A DNA stretch of 64,000 nt from Acidimicrobiales bacterium (GCA_046704365.1 JBJKRZ010000034.1:2522-66521), one strand, 5' to 3'; positions 30,943 through 40,392 are shown, counted from the stretch's first letter. Notes: generated by a model not told the origin, from the sequence alone. Numbers and translations are program-made.

Positions 30943-31587
30943 ATGCAGCTGATCTTCGTCCGCCACGCCGAGCCTCACAATCACTCGAGCCCTCGCGGAA
31001 TTGCAGATCCGGACCTGACGTCACTGGGAGAGGTCGAGGCGGAGAGAGTGGCCGCCTTCTTGAGGGCCGAATCTATTGCCGCTATCTTCTCCAGCCCAGC
31101 TCGCAGAGCCGTTGCTACGGCGCAACCACTGGCTAAGCTCGTACATGCGCAGATCCTGACACGGATTGAGTTCGCAGAGTTCAATTACGGGTCGAGTGAG
31201 TACCTGTCGGTCGGGGAATTGCGCCTTCGGAACGACCCGCGCTGGCAAGCGTTGGTCCGCGGCGAGATCTACGACTGTCCGGTTAGTGCAGAAGAGCTAA
31301 GAGCCCGGATCACCAGGGCAATCGACACGGTCGTTGCGGAGCACGCGGGAGAGACTGTCGCAGTCTTCACGCATTCGGGAGTCATCAACTTGTATGTAGG
31401 CGGCATCATCGGCATGGACCGGCCGATTTGGACTGCACCGGCACATGCGAGTATTAGCCGGGTGCTCGCCGACGGTTCAGGCCGGCGAACCTTGCTGTCG
31501 CTCAATGAGACGATCGCAACGAGGTTGGCATCCGATGCGCTTCATGGACGTGCTTCCTCGTACGAAGATGATGGAGAGCGAGAATGA
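30943..31587 (+). CDS. histidine phosphatase (phosphoglycerate-mutase-like) family protein
   Basis: MQLIFVRHAEP (RH[AG] catalytic start), FSSPARRAVATA, and VFTHSGVI. Confidence 0.7.
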   Translation: MQLIFVRHAEPHNHSSPRGIADPDLTSLGEVEAERVAAFLRAESIAAIFSSPARRAVATAQPLAKLVHAQILTRIEFAEFNYGSSEYLSVGELRLRNDPRWQALVRGEIYDCPVSAEELRARITRAIDTVVAEHAGETVAVFTHSGVINLYVGGIIGMDRPIWTAPAHASISRVLADGSGRRTLLSLNETIATRLASDALHGRASSYEDDGERE

Positions 31588-32369
31588 GTCCAGATTCGAC
31601 TGGTCTCCGGGTCCTGGTAGTGGGGGGAACCGCCGGCATTGGAGCTGAAGTCGCCTACCTTGCCGCGACAAAGGGCGCCACAGTGGCTGTGAACGGCCGG
31701 AGCAGATCGGCCAATGTCGAAACGCTCCTCGAAAGACTGAGGAGCTCAGGCCAGAGCGCAGCGTTCGTGCCGGGCGATATGACATCCGAGGAGTCGATTG
31801 GCCTCGTCATGGAAGGTGCCGTCGGCCTGCTCGGGGGACTCGATGCCGTGATCGTAAGTGGGCGCCCCAGATCGACGCATCCTGCCCCCTTCCTCGAAGC
31901 GCCGCCTGGCACCTTCATAGAGCACTTTCGCGAGGCCAGCGTGTCACGGCTATTCGTGGTATGGCACGCAGCGCAACATATGCGGCGAGCGGGAGGCGGC
32001 TCAATAGTGTTTATCACCTCTGATGCGGGGCGTACGCCGACCCCATCGCAGGTGTTGACAGGTGCAAGCTCTGCGGCGACTCTTTTCGCCACCCGGGTGC
32101 TGGCCTTGGAGTTGGCGCGGTTCCAGATACGTGTGAATGCGATCGCTGTCACACTTACTCGAGGTACCGAGCAATATGAGCGGTTCGAACGAAGCGCGCA
32201 CGAAGACCCCACATTCCAGCGGGTCCTGGCGAGGATAGAGCAAAAGGCCGCCCTCGGCTTAGCGTCGAGCCAGGACGTGGCTGAATGTGCCTGGTTCTTG
32301 GCGGCGCCCTCTTCGAGCAAGGTGACTGGGGCGATTATGAGTGTGAACGGTGGTGTGTCGTTTCCGTAG
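31584..32369 (+). CDS. SDR-family oxidoreductase
   Basis: ATGA overlap with the upstream gene. VVGGTAGIGAEVA glycine motif. Confidence 0.75.
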   Translation: MSPDSTGLRVLVVGGTAGIGAEVAYLAATKGATVAVNGRSRSANVETLLERLRSSGQSAAFVPGDMTSEESIGLVMEGAVGLLGGLDAVIVSGRPRSTHPAPFLEAPPGTFIEHFREASVSRLFVVWHAAQHMRRAGGGSIVFITSDAGRTPTPSQVLTGASSAATLFATRVLALELARFQIRVNAIAVTLTRGTEQYERFERSAHEDPTFQRVLARIEQKAALGLASSQDVAECAWFLAAPSSSKVTGAIMSVNGGVSFP

Positions 32370-32402
32370 AGCAGTCGTGCGGAACGAAGGACGGGTGAAC
32401 CG

Positions 32403-33194
32403 TCACAAATAGCGGGAGAAGTCGGGCTGGCGCTTCTCGGCAAAGGCCTTGGCACCTTCTTCACCCTCGGGAGTCTTGACGAACAATTCCAGGCCCGCCG
32501 TGGCCATGTTTGCGACGGCGGCCTGCTGCTCGGTGTCAGTGTTGAAGGAATGCTTGAGAAACCTGATCGCCGTTGGGCTCATGGCTGCAATTTCGCTGGC
32601 CCAGCGCTTGGCTTCGTCGAGCAGCTCCGCGGCGGGTACGACGGCGTTGACGAGGCCCCACTTTTCCGCCGTGTGAGCATCGTATTGCCGGCAGAGGTAC
32701 CAGATCTCACGAGCTCGCTTTTCACCTACTATGCGCGCCAGATAGCAGGTACCGAAACCCGCATCGAACGATCCCACCCGGGGGCCGGCCTGACCGAAGC
32801 GAGCGGTGTCAGCAGCGATGCTGAGATCGCAGACGACATGAAGAACATGCCCACCACCGATCGCCAGCCCGTTTACCGCCGCAATGACTGGCTTGGGCAT
32901 GTCGCGAATCAGGCGGTGGAGGTAGTCGATCTCGAAGAGGCCGCTTTCTGTCGGCCCGTAATCGCCCGTCTCCGCACGCTGTTTGACGTCACCACCGGAA
33001 CAGAAGGCCTTGGACCCCTCGCCCGTGAGGATGACAGCTCGAACCCGCGAATCTGCCCATGAGCGGCGAAAGGCTGAGACAAGCTCCTCGACCGTGCGCC
33101 CGCGAAACGCGTTGTATCGGTCTGGGCGATTGATCGTGACGATGGCTGTCGATCCGTCCACCTCGTAGCGAATATCGTCGTATTCGTTCTTCAT
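32403..33194 (-). CDS. MenB/BadI-subfamily crotonase (1,4-dihydroxy-2-naphthoyl-CoA synthase-like / 2-ketocyclohexanecarboxyl-CoA hydrolase-like)
   Basis: Near-colinear with MenB as I remember it: INRPDRYNAFR, KAFCSGGD, GGGHVLHVVCDLSIAAD.ARFGQAGPRVGSFDAGFG, CRQYDA, and a C-terminal EKRQPDFSRYL. Confidence 0.8.
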   Translation of the reverse strand: MKNEYDDIRYEVDGSTAIVTINRPDRYNAFRGRTVEELVSAFRRSWADSRVRAVILTGEGSKAFCSGGDVKQRAETGDYGPTESGLFEIDYLHRLIRDMPKPVIAAVNGLAIGGGHVLHVVCDLSIAADTARFGQAGPRVGSFDAGFGTCYLARIVGEKRAREIWYLCRQYDAHTAEKWGLVNAVVPAAELLDEAKRWASEIAAMSPTAIRFLKHSFNTDTEQQAAVANMATAGLELFVKTPEGEEGAKAFAEKRQPDFSRYL

Positions 33195-33390
33195 CTGTTG
33201 AGGCTCTCCTCTAATTGTGGTTGACAGTCAGCGAATCTCGGGGGTTGGCGCTGGAGAGGGTCGATTTTTCGTCGATCGGGACCGGGCCCGCCCTTCCCCC
33301 GCGGCCACGTTGCGTCGCCCCTCTGGGACGATGCGTAGAGGCAGGGCTCCGAATCCCGGTCCGGCTGTGCGCACCGGGCCTCGGCCGCTC

Positions 33391-33430
33391 TTGACTCCCC
33401 TTGTTCTGTCAGACATAATCAGTGTCTTAC
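33391..33430 (+). promoter_or_regulatory. sigma-70-type promoter TTGACT-N17-CATAAT overlapped by a TGTCAGACAT..GTCTTAC element
   Basis: TTGACT at 33391-33396, CATAAT at 33414-33419, tgtcagacat at 33407-33416 and gtcttac at 33424-33430. The element lies ~200 nt upstream of ATG 33631. Confidence 0.35.
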
Positions 33431-33630
33431 ACCGTACATGTCATCTCGGAGGCCTGCAAACGTCATGGGTGGGGGTCAAGCTCAGGGGCACGTGTCGGCC
33501 GGGGGGCTCCCCGGTCGACGCCTGTCGCGGCGCCGATCGGACTGTGGCCGGAAGGGGCCGGTGGGTGCAGCGTCCTCCTGCCCGCCATGGCGACGGGTGA
33601 CCGAGTGCGGTCGGTGAAGGAGCTGCGCTG

Positions 33631-34581
33631 ATGGCAAGCGCGAGAGTGGGGTGCTTCCTACCGACATTTGGAGAGGGCCTAGGTGACGGGCGCACATCGA
33701 TACTCCGAGCGGCCCAGGAGGCGGAATCGCTCGGCTTTTCGCACATCTGGGCTGCTGATCACATCAGCTGGAATACCGGAATCCTTTCTCCGATCGAGGT
33801 CCTCAGCTTTGCAGCAGCTGTCACGTCGAAGGTGCGACTCGGCACCGGTGTGTACCTTCTTCCCCTGCGCCACCCCGTGGTTGCTGCCAAGGCATTCAGC
33901 TCCTTGGACGTTCTTTCGGGAGGCAGGCTCATCGTCGGGGTCGGGCTCGGAGGCGAGCCACCGGACGATTACGAAGCCGTCGGACTTTCGCCCAAGAACC
34001 GGGGCAAGCGAGCGGATGAATACCTATCCCTTCTGCAAAAACTGATGGCAGGGTCCTCCCTGGCTGCCGCCGGTGAATATGCAACGTTCCAGAACGCGAG
34101 GATCGCTCCCCCGGCAAAGCAACCGACGGTACCCATCTGGATCGGCGGACGATCCGAGGCGTCACTGGAGCGCGCCGTCAGAGTTGGCCAAGGATGGTTC
34201 CCAATCTGGGTCAGTCCTCGACGCATCGCTCAGGCCCGAGAATGGCTCAGTGCCAGAGGCATCTCGGAGTTTGCCGTAGGCCTGAACCTCTTTGCAGTGC
34301 TGGCGGATTCTCGCGAGGCCGCCCGTGAGGTCGTTGCGCGCCATATGGAGAATGCGTATCGGATTCCGTTTGAGAAGTTCGAGCCCTACGTCGGATACGG
34401 GCCTCCCGACTCTGTGCTGGAATTCGTCTCCTCGTACGTCGAGGCCGGTGTCTCCGATGTCGTCTTCAACCTCATCGGACCTGCACCTCTCGAGCAGCTT
34501 CACTGGATCAGCGAGGCGCTGGCACCCAAGTTAACGCTCTCCTCGGAGGCCGGGCCCGGCGGGCAAAAGGAGCGTGTCTAG
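33631..34581 (+). CDS. LLM-class (probably F420-dependent) oxidoreductase
   Basis: AESLGFSHIWAADH, LRHPVVAAKAFSSLDVLSGGRLIVGVGLGGE, and WIGGRS. Confidence 0.8.
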   Translation: MASARVGCFLPTFGEGLGDGRTSILRAAQEAESLGFSHIWAADHISWNTGILSPIEVLSFAAAVTSKVRLGTGVYLLPLRHPVVAAKAFSSLDVLSGGRLIVGVGLGGEPPDDYEAVGLSPKNRGKRADEYLSLLQKLMAGSSLAAAGEYATFQNARIAPPAKQPTVPIWIGGRSEASLERAVRVGQGWFPIWVSPRRIAQAREWLSARGISEFAVGLNLFAVLADSREAAREVVARHMENAYRIPFEKFEPYVGYGPPDSVLEFVSSYVEAGVSDVVFNLIGPAPLEQLHWISEALAPKLTLSSEAGPGGQKERV

Positions 34582-34654
34582 TGCTCTTGCCCGTGACCTA
34601 CTACGGACCGAGAAGAGCCCCTGGCTTCAGTGCTTGCGAGTCAAGGAGAAAGCG

Positions 34655-35110
34655 ATGGATGTGAAACAAAGTTCAATGACCGTTTCGGTCGGCGACGAAT
34701 ATGAGCCTCTCGAGTTCCTCGTGACCCCGGAGTTGAACGAGCAGTACCTCTATGCCGAGCAGGATTATTCGCCCATCTATCTCGCTGATGGCTCAGAAGA
34801 AGTAGCCGGTATCGTCCACCCCGGACTCCTGTTGAACATGAGCAACTACACAAGAAGCCCGAGCTATCAGCTTCCCCCCGGTGTCCTCGAGCTTCACGCC
34901 GAAGACGAGGTGGAATTTTGCCGACCGGCACATGTCGGGGACCGACTCACGGTGACGTGGAAGGTCGTTGGAAGGGATGAGAAGCGGGGTCGCATCTGGC
35001 ACGTCACGCAGATTTCCGTTACGAATCAGGCCGGAGACGAAATTCTCAAAAGGCGCATGACCGCCATGGCCGATCCGACCCCCAGCGTTGACAAGAGGAG
35101 CGCCTCCTGA
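34655..35110 (+). CDS. MaoC-like hotdog-fold protein, probable non-catalytic partner subunit
   Basis: AAGGAG lies 6 nt before ATG 34655. The hydratase-motif position reads QDYSPIY (no D-x-N-P-x-H) within a hotdog-like C-terminal half. Confidence 0.6.
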   Translation: MDVKQSSMTVSVGDEYEPLEFLVTPELNEQYLYAEQDYSPIYLADGSEEVAGIVHPGLLLNMSNYTRSPSYQLPPGVLELHAEDEVEFCRPAHVGDRLTVTWKVVGRDEKRGRIWHVTQISVTNQAGDEILKRRMTAMADPTPSVDKRSAS

Positions 35111-35553
35111 TGATCACTGATTCAGCGGCGATCGGCCAAACCTACAGCGGAGCTCCAAAGGCAATATCGATGCCACGCGTGTGGGCCTTCTCAGGTGGGC
35201 CATTCGCCATCGACGGATGGCCGAGACGCAATATTCATACCGATCCTGCTGCCGCCAACAGGGATGGGCTCGATGGCATCGCCATATCGGGGACCCAGTT
35301 CGAGGGTTACGTCGCTCAGCTGATGGTTGAGATATTCGGTGAGTCATGGCTCAGCCACGGCAAGATGCACGTCCGTCTGAGGAAGCCCGTACCGGACGGT
35401 GATGTTCTCCAAGCGTTTGCGACCGTACGTACCAAGGAGTCTGGCGGCGCACAATCTGTGTTTTACCTCGACGTAGAGTGCCGAGACAGCGCAGGAGAGC
35501 AGGTATTGACAGGGACTGCGGAAGGTCAACTCGCAAGAGAAACGGCAAGGTAG
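35110..35553 (+). CDS. MaoC-domain (R)-specific enoyl-CoA hydratase-like subunit
   Basis: The start overlaps the upstream stop (TGATG). RRNIHTDPAAANRDGL resembles the hydratase-2 N-x-H-x-D motif. Confidence 0.65.
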   Translation: MITDSAAIGQTYSGAPKAISMPRVWAFSGGPFAIDGWPRRNIHTDPAAANRDGLDGIAISGTQFEGYVAQLMVEIFGESWLSHGKMHVRLRKPVPDGDVLQAFATVRTKESGGAQSVFYLDVECRDSAGEQVLTGTAEGQLARETAR

Positions 35554-35593
35554 AAGTGGCCTCCGAATACGTAAAGGTTGGAGACGCGACGCG

Positions 35594-36367
35594 ATGATTC
35601 GTTCGGAACAGCCCTACGACGGTGTGGTGGTCGTCACACTCGACCGCCCACCCGTAAACGCGATCGACGACCAGCACGTCGAGGATCTTGCTCAGGCGCT
35701 GAGCGACGCAAAAGAGGCCAAACCGCGCGTGCTGGTGATCACCGGCGCGGGGCGGCTCTTCAGTGCAGGTGCCGACATCGACATGATCTCGGAGCGGTTT
35801 GCCTCCGCCAGCGGCCGGGAGGACATGGTCGCATTCACGGCCACCCTGCAGCATGTGTGTCAACAAATCGAGGACTTTCCCGCCCCGACCTTGGCCGCAA
35901 TTCGTGGTGCGGCGACTGGTGGGGGCCTCGAGGTGGCGTTGGCATGTGACTTGCGGCTAGCAACGAGCACGGCGCGTCTCGGGCTGCCCGAAGTTCGGCT
36001 TGGCCTGATACCAGGTGGCGGAGGCACCCAGCGCCTCACCAAAGTGGCGGGCCGTGCCACTGCGCTCAGACTCATCTTGGGGGCCGAGCTCGTCGACGCA
36101 AAGGAAGCTGAGAGACTTGGACTTGTCCAATGGTCTGTGGACGAGTCGGAGTTCGAAGACCGTTGGCATCAACTGGCCAAGGAGCTGGCGGAGGTTTCCC
36201 CCTTCGCGCTGGCTGAGGCCAAGCAATGCATCGAGGCGGCCGCCACCCCAAACGGCTACGAGAGGGAGCGCCAGGCCACCCGGACGCTGATGGCAACAGA
36301 GGAAGCAATAGAGGGTGTCCGCGCCTTCTTGGGCACTCGAAAAGTCAAGACGGAGAAGAAATCATGA
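35594..36367 (+). CDS. enoyl-CoA hydratase/isomerase (crotonase fold)
   Basis: VITGAGRLFSAGADI, AIRGAATGGGLEVALACDLR, and a C-terminal EGVRAFL. Confidence 0.85.
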   Translation: MIRSEQPYDGVVVVTLDRPPVNAIDDQHVEDLAQALSDAKEAKPRVLVITGAGRLFSAGADIDMISERFASASGREDMVAFTATLQHVCQQIEDFPAPTLAAIRGAATGGGLEVALACDLRLATSTARLGLPEVRLGLIPGGGGTQRLTKVAGRATALRLILGAELVDAKEAERLGLVQWSVDESEFEDRWHQLAKELAEVSPFALAEAKQCIEAAATPNGYERERQATRTLMATEEAIEGVRAFLGTRKVKTEKKS

Positions 36368-37113
36368 CAGGCAATGGACAGAAGCTCGCTGTGGTCACCG
36401 GTGCTGGATCAGGTATCGGTCGTGCCATTGCTGCGGAACTTGCTCGGGCCGGTATGACGGTCGTGATCGGCGACATGGATCTCGATGGCGCCAAGGAAAC
36501 AGAGCGGCAACTCAGCGAGTTCGGTGGCGTGGCGAACTCGTATCAGGTCGACATCAGCAGCGCCGAGCAAGTGGCGAGTTTTCGCGACTGGACCGTTGGT
36601 TCCTTCGGCGATCCGGACGTGCTGGTCAACAATGCAGGCTGGGACATCATTCAGCCATTCCTCGAGACCGACGCCGCCTTTCGTCGCAAGGTGCTGGAGA
36701 TCAACTTGCACGGCCCCGTCGAGATTACGCATGCTTTCGTCACGGGGATGGCGCAGCGGGGACAAGGAAGTATCGTCAACATCGCAAGCGATGCCGGGCG
36801 CGTCGGGAGCACTGGTGAGACGGTGTACGCCGGCGCAAAAGGCGGCATTATCGCCTTCACCAAGTCTCTCGCCCGCGAGGTGGCCCGCTACAAGATCAAC
36901 GTGAATTGTGTGTGTCCCGGCCCTGCCGACACCCCCCTGTTCCGGCGCCAGCCTGAGAAGATGCAGCAGGCGCTGGAGCGGGCAATTCCTTTCCGCCGGG
37001 TGGCCATGCCCGAAGACATCGCCCAAGCGGTGGGCTTTTTGGCCTCAGAAAAGGCCTCCTACATCACGGGCCAGGTCCTGTCGGTAAGCGGCGGTCTGAC
37101 GATGAGCGGCTGA
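36364..37113 (+). CDS. SDR-family oxidoreductase (FabG-like)
   Basis: ATG 36364 overlaps the upstream stop (ATGA). VVTGAGSGIGRAIA, NNAG, and YAGAKGG. Confidence 0.9.
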   Translation: MTGNGQKLAVVTGAGSGIGRAIAAELARAGMTVVIGDMDLDGAKETERQLSEFGGVANSYQVDISSAEQVASFRDWTVGSFGDPDVLVNNAGWDIIQPFLETDAAFRRKVLEINLHGPVEITHAFVTGMAQRGQGSIVNIASDAGRVGSTGETVYAGAKGGIIAFTKSLAREVARYKINVNCVCPGPADTPLFRRQPEKMQQALERAIPFRRVAMPEDIAQAVGFLASEKASYITGQVLSVSGGLTMSG

Positions 37114-37152
37114 CCGGATCGGAAAGTCGGCTTGCGTAGAAACGCCTGATCG

Positions 37153-38109
37153 GTGAAAAGCATGGGGTTGACGAAAGACAAAAGTGGGGTGGGATTGAAC
37201 ATCGGCGGCAGCTGGCCGTTCGGTTGCCCGCGCCCAGACGACATCCTGAGGACGGCTGTCAAGGCGGAGAAGCTGGGATTCACCGGACTTTGGAGCGGCG
37301 ACCATGTCGCGGCGCACTGCCCCAACCTCGACTCGCTCACCCTGCTCAGCGCCATGGCAGCAGTGACGGAGCGAGTAACCATCGGCACGGCAGTTTTCCT
37401 GTTGGGATTGCGAAATCCCGTGGTTGTGGCAAAGGCGGTGGCGTCGCTCGACTACCTGAGCAGGGGACGGGTCGTGTTCGGCGTAGGCGTCGGGGGTGAG
37501 CGCGAAGGGGAATGGGCCGCTTGCGGGGTGCAGAGGTCAGAGAGAGGGGCAAGGGTCGACGAAGGCTTGGTGATGCTTCGTAAGCTTTGGGCCTCGCCAA
37601 ATGCATCTCACAAGGGAAAGTTCTGGTCGTTCGAGGACACTACGATCGCCCCAGCCCCCGAACAGCCTGGCGGCCCGCCGGTCATCATCGGTGGTCGCTC
37701 GGACGCTGCGGTGAGAAGAGCGTCCCGCTATGACGGTTGGGTGGGATATCTGCTCTCACCCGAACGGCTTTCCGAAGTGAGAAAGGCATTGGTCTCGACC
37801 CACCCGGCGCCCGACGAGCTGTTTCTCGGCCATCTGCTGTTCGTGTCCATGGGCGCGTACAGAGAGGCAAAGGAGAAGGCGCTGCAATTTCTGGAGGCCA
37901 GGTATCTTCAGCCGTTCGACAAACTGGTTGATCGGTATTGCTTGGTCGGAGACGCCAAGTCGTGCGCGAACCGAATGACGGAGTTCTTCGAAGCCGGTGC
38001 AGAACACATCATTCTTGCTCCACTTTGCGAGGCTGAAAATCTTGACAGGGTCGTTGAGGAAATGTCAGATTGTCTGCTTCCCATCGCACCATTGAATCAG
38101 GGGGTATGA
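37153..38109 (+). CDS. LLM-class (probably F420-dependent) oxidoreductase
   Basis: AEKLGFTGLWSGDH, LRNPVVVAKAVASLDYLSRGRVVFGVGVGGE, and IIGGRS. Confidence 0.8.
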   Translation: MKSMGLTKDKSGVGLNIGGSWPFGCPRPDDILRTAVKAEKLGFTGLWSGDHVAAHCPNLDSLTLLSAMAAVTERVTIGTAVFLLGLRNPVVVAKAVASLDYLSRGRVVFGVGVGGEREGEWAACGVQRSERGARVDEGLVMLRKLWASPNASHKGKFWSFEDTTIAPAPEQPGGPPVIIGGRSDAAVRRASRYDGWVGYLLSPERLSEVRKALVSTHPAPDELFLGHLLFVSMGAYREAKEKALQFLEARYLQPFDKLVDRYCLVGDAKSCANRMTEFFEAGAEHIILAPLCEAENLDRVVEEMSDCLLPIAPLNQGV

Positions 38110-38242
38110 GTGCGTTTGGCTGAGGGGGGACGCAACAAATGGAGGGGACCTTCGTCGAGTTCGGCACGCGGTCTTTTCCGGCATCCGACTGAGCGGGCAA
38201 AGCTGAGGCAAGGGCAGAGGTTCGATGCTGGCTGCCTCGAGG

Positions 38243-38252
38243 AAGTATACGA
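38243..38252. promoter_or_regulatory. GTATAC-core box upstream of the ABC transporter genes
   Basis: aagtatacga lies ~135 nt upstream of ATG 38386. It is the weakest match to the GTATACAT boxes. Confidence 0.2.
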
Positions 38253-38385
38253 AAGCGTAGCAACCTGATCAGCAATCTAGTGAATGGTCCGAAGGTGGTC
38301 TTGCCAGGATCGTCGGGACTCGACCTGTAGGGGAAACGTGAACAGCAAGAAGCGTGTCCGAATCGTGGAGGAAGAGGACGGAACA

Positions 38386-39471
38386 ATGCGTCAATTCAAA
38401 TTCAGCGTTGGTTACCTCAGGGCAGGTGTCCTTGTCGGCGCTCTGGCCTTGACTACAGCAGCCTGCAGCAGCGGGCCGAGTAGTGGGAGCAGCAGTGGTT
38501 CAGGTAGTTCGTCCACGGCCGCACCCGTATCCGTCGACATGGGCTACTACGGAGCGGGCAACGCCACGTCGGTCCTACCGTACGTGACGCAGCAAGAGGG
38601 CTTCTTCTCGAAGAACGGGATCAACATGCAGCTGACCCAGATCCCCTCGTCAGCGGGTCAGTTGGCTGCCCTTGCCGGGGGGAGCATCGACATAGTCGCG
38701 GCGTCCCCTGAAGCGGTCCTGCCACTCATCGAGAAGGGCCAACCCCTCGAGCTCATCGGTGGACAGTCGACGATCATCTGGGAGCTTCTCGTGAGCAATT
38801 CGGTCAAGACTCCAGGGAGCTACCCTACGAACCTCCAGGCCCTCAAGGGCAAGACCTTCGGCGTCACGGCAATCGGCTCCAGTGGCGAGTACTTCGCGCA
38901 GGGCATCATGGCCCAGGCGGGTGTCCCGGCGACGTCCATCAACTGGGTCGGAACCGGAGCGCCGGCTCCGACGGTTGCAGCGCTCGAGAGTGGCGAGATC
39001 CAAGCCACGATGTCGTTCCAATCGACGGTGTACACGGCCACGAGCAGCGGCAAAGCGCGCGTGCTCTTGGACTTGCGCGACGGCGTAGGACTGCCCAGCT
39101 ACATCCACTGCTGCGACTACGTCGGCCTGTGGGCGACCAAGAGCTGGGCGAGCTCGCACCAGGCGGCGATCAAGGCGATCAACAAGGCGCAGAGCCAAGC
39201 CTACGTGTGGATGACAGACAAGGCGAACTTCAAGAAGATGGAGACCCTCGCCAATGACAACGCTGGAGGCCAGGTGACTTCCGCAGACCTCTCGTCGTAC
39301 ACCACTAGCATCATCAAGCTTGCCGACCCGGCGTATAGTCTCGCCACGTTGAAGAGTTGGGACCTGTTCGACGTCAAGGCGAAACTGATCAGCTCGGAAG
39401 TGTCGACGGCGTCGTTGATCAACCCAGCCGTGCCCAGCTCATTCAGCGCCGCCAGGAGCCTTGCAGGGTGA
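38386..39471 (+). CDS. ABC transporter substrate-binding lipoprotein (NMT1/SsuA/TauA-like, NitT/TauT family)
   Basis: The internal ATG gives MRQFKFSVGYLRAGVLVGALALTTAAC (lipobox) followed by a Ser/Gly linker. The body resembles sulfonate/nitrate-type binding proteins. Confidence 0.7.
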   Translation: MRQFKFSVGYLRAGVLVGALALTTAACSSGPSSGSSSGSGSSSTAAPVSVDMGYYGAGNATSVLPYVTQQEGFFSKNGINMQLTQIPSSAGQLAALAGGSIDIVAASPEAVLPLIEKGQPLELIGGQSTIIWELLVSNSVKTPGSYPTNLQALKGKTFGVTAIGSSGEYFAQGIMAQAGVPATSINWVGTGAPAPTVAALESGEIQATMSFQSTVYTATSSGKARVLLDLRDGVGLPSYIHCCDYVGLWATKSWASSHQAAIKAINKAQSQAYVWMTDKANFKKMETLANDNAGGQVTSADLSSYTTSIIKLADPAYSLATLKSWDLFDVKAKLISSEVSTASLINPAVPSSFSAARSLAG

Positions 39472-39530
39472 GAAGGGGTTCTCCGACGCTCCTGAAGACG
39501 AAGCCACCCCCCGGTGGAGGTGTCAGGACG

Positions 39531-40388
39531 ATGTCACAAGCGACAAATACCCAGACGGGCGCGCCGCTCAGGTCCGCGGAGTCGGTCATCGCCTTCGAGA
39601 ACGTCAGACACAGCTTCGGAACGTCGCTCATCGTCGATGATGTGTCGTTCAGCGTCAGGCGGGGGGAGTTCGTCGCTCTCGTCGGACCGAGCGGGTGCGG
39701 CAAGACGACACTGCTGAACATCGCGGCCGGCCTGGAGTCTCTACAGAGGGGCCGCGTCACGGTCGACGGGGTTCCCATCGTGCCAGGGCGTCTGATCCAG
39801 GAGCGCCGCGACAATGTCGGCTACGCCTTCGCTCGGGATGCGCTCCTGCCTTGGCGCACGGCGCTGGGAAACGTCGCGCTGGCGCTCGAGCTCGAGGGAG
39901 TCGGGAAGAAGGAGGCAGAGAGGAGGGCGGAAGAAGAATTGCGCCGGGTGGGGTTGGGGGACAATCTCCATGCCTACCGTGCCCAGCTCTCCCAAGGGAT
40001 GCGCCAGCGGGTTGCACTCGCCAGGACCCTTGTGCGACATCCGACGATCCTGCTGATGGACGAACCGTTCGCCGCGCTGGACGCACAAACTCGACTCCGG
40101 TTACAGGAGGAACTTTCACGACTTGTGGTCGACCTGGGTGCAAGCGTGCTCTTCGTCACCCACGACATCGGTGAAGCCGTCGCCTTGTCGGACCGGATCC
40201 TGTTGATGTCCACACGGCCGGGTCGGCTCCATGGCGACGTCCTCAAGGTGGACCTCCCCCGACCGCGGGTCGTGACCCACCTCATGGCCGATGAGCGATA
40301 TTTGGCGATGTGCTCTCAGGTGTGGAGGCACCTCGAGGAGGCGGTCGGGGCCGGCGCGGGCTCTCTGGCCGGGACCGCCGAGAGGTAA
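39531..40388 (+). CDS. ABC transporter ATP-binding protein (NitT/TauT family)
   Basis: Walker A GPSGCGKTT, signature LSQGMRQR, and Walker B LLMDEPF. Confidence 0.9.
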   Translation: MSQATNTQTGAPLRSAESVIAFENVRHSFGTSLIVDDVSFSVRRGEFVALVGPSGCGKTTLLNIAAGLESLQRGRVTVDGVPIVPGRLIQERRDNVGYAFARDALLPWRTALGNVALALELEGVGKKEAERRAEEELRRVGLGDNLHAYRAQLSQGMRQRVALARTLVRHPTILLMDEPFAALDAQTRLRLQEELSRLVVDLGASVLFVTHDIGEAVALSDRILLMSTRPGRLHGDVLKVDLPRPRVVTHLMADERYLAMCSQVWRHLEEAVGAGAGSLAGTAER

Positions 40389-40392
40389 GCCG

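Noticed and set aside
32403-33194. Calling the MenB-like gene menB (menaquinone biosynthesis)
   Set aside because: No other men genes are in the window and the context is purely catabolic, so only the family assignment is kept.
33217-33600. 127-aa plus ORF and 62-aa minus ORF (33228..33416, starting MSD) in the 436-bp intergenic region
   Set aside because: They have Arg/Gly/Pro-rich composition and no ribosome-binding site. The region is better explained as a promoter/5' UTR (TTGACT-N17-CATAAT).
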